DNA of 64,000 nt from Tubiluchus corallicola. Lineage: Eukaryota; Animalia; Priapulida. The notes below the pieces were generated by a model that saw only the letters and a program-made list of their open reading frames with translations, ran no database searches and had not been told where the DNA came from. The stretch covers positions 167,092-231,091 of the forward strand of contig JAQGDQ010000369.1 in the NCBI GenBank assembly GCA_030141605.1. Reading direction: 5' to 3'. The position numbers were made by a program, and so were the translations under genes. Each line of letters begins with the position of its first letter. Within the stretch, counting starts at the first letter, position 1. Positions 60,691 through 64,000 of the stretch are shown piece after piece.

Positions 60691-63600
60691 ATGGTTAGCT
60701 TTAATTGTACTAAGTGTAATAAAACTTGCAAAGCAAATCAAAACTCAATTCAATGTGATGTGTGTTCCCTCTGGACACATCTAAAGTGTACAATGTTGTC
60801 TCATCATGATTTTGTAAATTTAGCAAGTTCTAATGACAGTTACTTCTGCCAGCAATGCATTAATGATGTGCTTCCTTTGCAGTTCATTGATGATGATGAA
60901 TTTATGGAAATGACTAATCACTATCAATTTTCTAATTTTGTAAAAGATTTATCTTGCTTTTCATCAATTTATGACTCTTCTTCGCTAGTCCACTGTAATA
61001 GAGATGATACAGACATCGACAATTATAGATTTCAGTATGACAGCAAATACATTAATCTTGCAAATCTGAGTAGTGATAAATCCACAGATAAAGCAAACAA
61101 TGACACATTTATAATACACTTTAACACATCAAGTTTGAGGAAATACTATTCAGACATGACTGATACATTAACACAATTTCAAAAAATGCCTGAGTTAATA
61201 GCGATCTCGGAAACCAGAATTCACGAATCTGACACTTTTTTATGTAACATTCCAGGATATTCTTTCTTACATTATGATTCCAATACAGCTGCTGGTGGCG
61301 TAGGTGTGTATGTAAAATCTAACCTCAATTTTAAAATTAAACCTGAATACAAAATAAGAACTTGTAAAAATGTTATTGTTAATGGGATTAGTACAACTAG
61401 TAGACTAGCACTTGAGGACCTGTGGCTTGAAATTGCTTCCACCGATAACAAAAAAGCTTTTATATTTGGAATAATATATAGGCATCCAAACACCCCAGTC
61501 GAACATTTTCATGACGAATTAGAATCAGTTCTTTGCACTATCAATTCCACAGGCAAACCAGCTTATATATGTGGAGACATTAATATAGACTTATATCAAC
61601 ATGATAACAAACCATTTATTAATAAGTATCTCAACATGCTCTTCTCAAATCAATTTACACCAATTATCACGCGACCAACTAGAATTACTCCAACGTCACA
61701 CACCCTAATTGATCATATTTATACTAATAATCTTTCTGCACCCATCACATCTGGCATCATTACTAACCCCATTGCGGACCACTTGCCAATATTTGCCATT
61801 ATAAGAAATACTAATCTCCTGCACAACAACATTAAAAAAACAGTCAGATGTACGAGATCATTCAATCAAGGTAACTTTTTAAGCGAGCTTCAAGTTAATA
61901 TAAGTAACCTAACACTGAATGATGGCGAAGCAGACATACACTCTTACTGCTCACAATTCATGGACTCGTTTAAAACATTACTTGACAAACATGCCCCACT
62001 CAAAACGTTATCAAGGAAAAACTCAAAAACTATAGCTAAACCATGGATCACTCCCGGCATTCTCAATTCTATTAAAACAAGAAGCCGTATGTATACAACA
62101 CACAAGTTATCCAACTCACTGTATAAGCAAAATTTATATAAAACATATTCTAACAAACTTAATCACATCAAACATGCATCCAAAAAGAAGTATTACTCCC
62201 AGATCTTGCTTGCAAACAAAAATAACATGAAACAAACTTGGAGCACTATCAATGAACAAGTGAAAAATGAAAAAGACAGCAAGTATAATGCCAACTAAAG
62301 TTCGTTACCAAGGCACAACCTCATGCGACCCGCACCATAAAGCTAATGCTTTTAACAGTTTTTTTGCAAACATTGGTATATCACTGGCATCACGCATAAC
62401 ACAACCCCAAAACTGTAAGTATACAGACTATTTAATGCATCCCCAAGAAAATTCTTTCTATATCACACCAGTTAGCGAAATCGAGATTTCCCAAGCTATT
62501 GATAGACTAGATCCCAATAAAGCAAAAGGCCCTTATGACATTCCAATTACATATTTCAAAATGTCAAAAAACATAATCTTAGCTCCGCTTACAAATCTGT
62601 TTAATGCGTCAATTCTGACTGGGACATTCCCCGACACTTTAAAACTGGCAAAAGTAATCGCCATATATAAAAAAGATGATCCAAACGAGCTGAACAACTA
62701 CCGACCTATCTCACTCATATCACCCATTGCCAAAATTTTTGAGTCAATTTTATATAAACGCCTGATGACATATTTAATCAAAAATGATACAATATCGTGT
62801 TTTCAATTCGGTTTCCGCAAAAATCATTCCACAATATTAGCAACTGCTGAAATCATAGACAATCTTCTGACAAACCTAGACAATAAATTACTTACCTGCG
62901 GCATCTTTCTTGATTTAACAAAAGCTTTTGACACCGTTCAACACGACATTCTACTCAACAAAATGGACTATTATGGTATCCGTGGAATCACGCAAAAACT
63001 ATTCCAGTCATATCTTACGAACAGACACCAATTTACGGTAGTTGACAATTTTGCCTCTGACCTATGCTCAATACAATGTGGTGTACCTCAAGGATCCACC
63101 TTGGGTCCACTTCTTTTCCTGATATATATAAATGACCTCCCTCTTTGTACTAACATGCAAACACGACTTTTTGCTGATGAAACTAACCTCTTCTTAGCAG
63201 ACAACGATACGCAAAATCTTGAGCTTAAAAGTAATGAAGAACTGATCAAAATTAACACATGGATGCGTACAAATAAGTTAACAGTAAACTATAATAAAAC
63301 AAAATTTATGATCATAAGAAATAAATTTGAAAACAATGAAAACTCCATTATAACAGTATCCATGCAAGACTGTTTATTAGAACAAGTATCAGACATAAAA
63401 TATCTGGGCGTCTACATAGATGACACCCTTAATTGGTCAACACACATAAAAAATATTACCTACAAAGTAAGCAAAGTTACAGGTATATTTTTTAAATTGG
63501 GGCATTACTTGAGCACGGATATACTAAAAATGATTTACTTTGCCATTGTGTACCCACACATTAACTATTGTATCTTATCGTGGGGCACAGCAAAAAAATC

Positions 63601-64000
63601 TGTTTTGAAACCACTTACAGCAGCACATAACAAAATTATCAAAACAATGACTTTTGCTGGGTTCCGAGATCATGCTACCCCCTCCTATTATGCTTTGCAA
63701 TTATTAAAAATTAATGAAATTTATAAGCTTGAGTTAGCGAAATTCATGTTCAACTATAAAAAGGGCATTCTACCTAAATTATACGGCAATTATTTCAAAA
63801 AGATTAGTGACGTTCACCAGTATTCTACGAGAGCAGCTACCAAACAAAACTATTTTCAGGAAAGATTTAACACAACAAAAGGTTTACAAACTTTAAAACA
63901 TAATGGTACAGTTCTATGGAATACTCTTTCAGATGATCTTAAGCAATCAACTAGTATCTATCACTTAAGTAAATTATACAAATGTCAACTCTTGCAAACT
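60691..64000 (+). pseudogene. LINE ORF2 (PHD finger, APE endonuclease, reverse transcriptase), frameshifted near 62265
   Basis: CxxC...IQCDVCSLWTHLKC...YFCQQC; ISET, GGVG, YRHP, GDIN, TLIDHIY, DHLP. After the shift: ANAFNSFF, NYRPISL, QFGFR, FLDLTKAFDTV, GVPQGSTLGP, FADET, KYLGV. Confidence 0.92.

Larger units (their letters stand above)
59500..64000 (+). mobile_element. CR1/L2-type non-LTR retrotransposon, near full length; 3' end beyond the window, 5' boundary approximate
   Basis: Intronless ORF1 followed 37 nt later by ORF2 with PHD, APE and RT motifs; abrupt shift to an A/C-rich strand composition. Confidence 0.93.

Noticed and set aside
62270-62300. Programmed frameshift, or a separate 535-aa PHD-endonuclease gene
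   Set aside because: The break falls in an A-run in the linker of a normally continuous LINE ORF2; mutation or sequencing error is the simpler explanation.

Overview
AT-rich invertebrate (metazoan) genomic DNA, not prokaryotic. I assembled three units by hand. (1) A complete 24-coding-exon focal adhesion kinase gene (FAK/PTK2, + strand, 9721-46116, 3093 nt, 1030 aa: FERM, Y397-type linker, tyrosine kinase, FAT). (2) A complete 7-exon CCDC25 gene (- strand, 59029-52077, 208 aa), convergent with FAK. (3) A CR1/L2-type LINE (ORF1 plus PHD-APE-RT ORF2 with one frameshift and a FADD-to-FADE change) that runs off the right edge. The introns are filled with non-autonomous DNA transposons (Kolobok-, piggyBac-, pogo/Tc1- and hAT-type ends) and more than a dozen unrelated minisatellites. 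The strongest signals: two FAK 3' splice sites have been tandemly amplified. One is a 20-copy, in-frame, stop-free 33-nt array that copies the acceptor plus the autophosphorylation Tyr motif. The other is a 7-copy ~106-nt array of CAG|GTATG acceptor/donor junctions at the last exon. Also notable are a twister-ribozyme-like head on a 20-bp-TSD-flanked bipartite RTE element in a CCDC25 intron, candidate linker micro-exons, and a natural Y925F-equivalent change. Exon boundaries come from GT-AG sites, frame continuity and recalled FAK/CCDC25 motifs; no transcript data or database searches were available.
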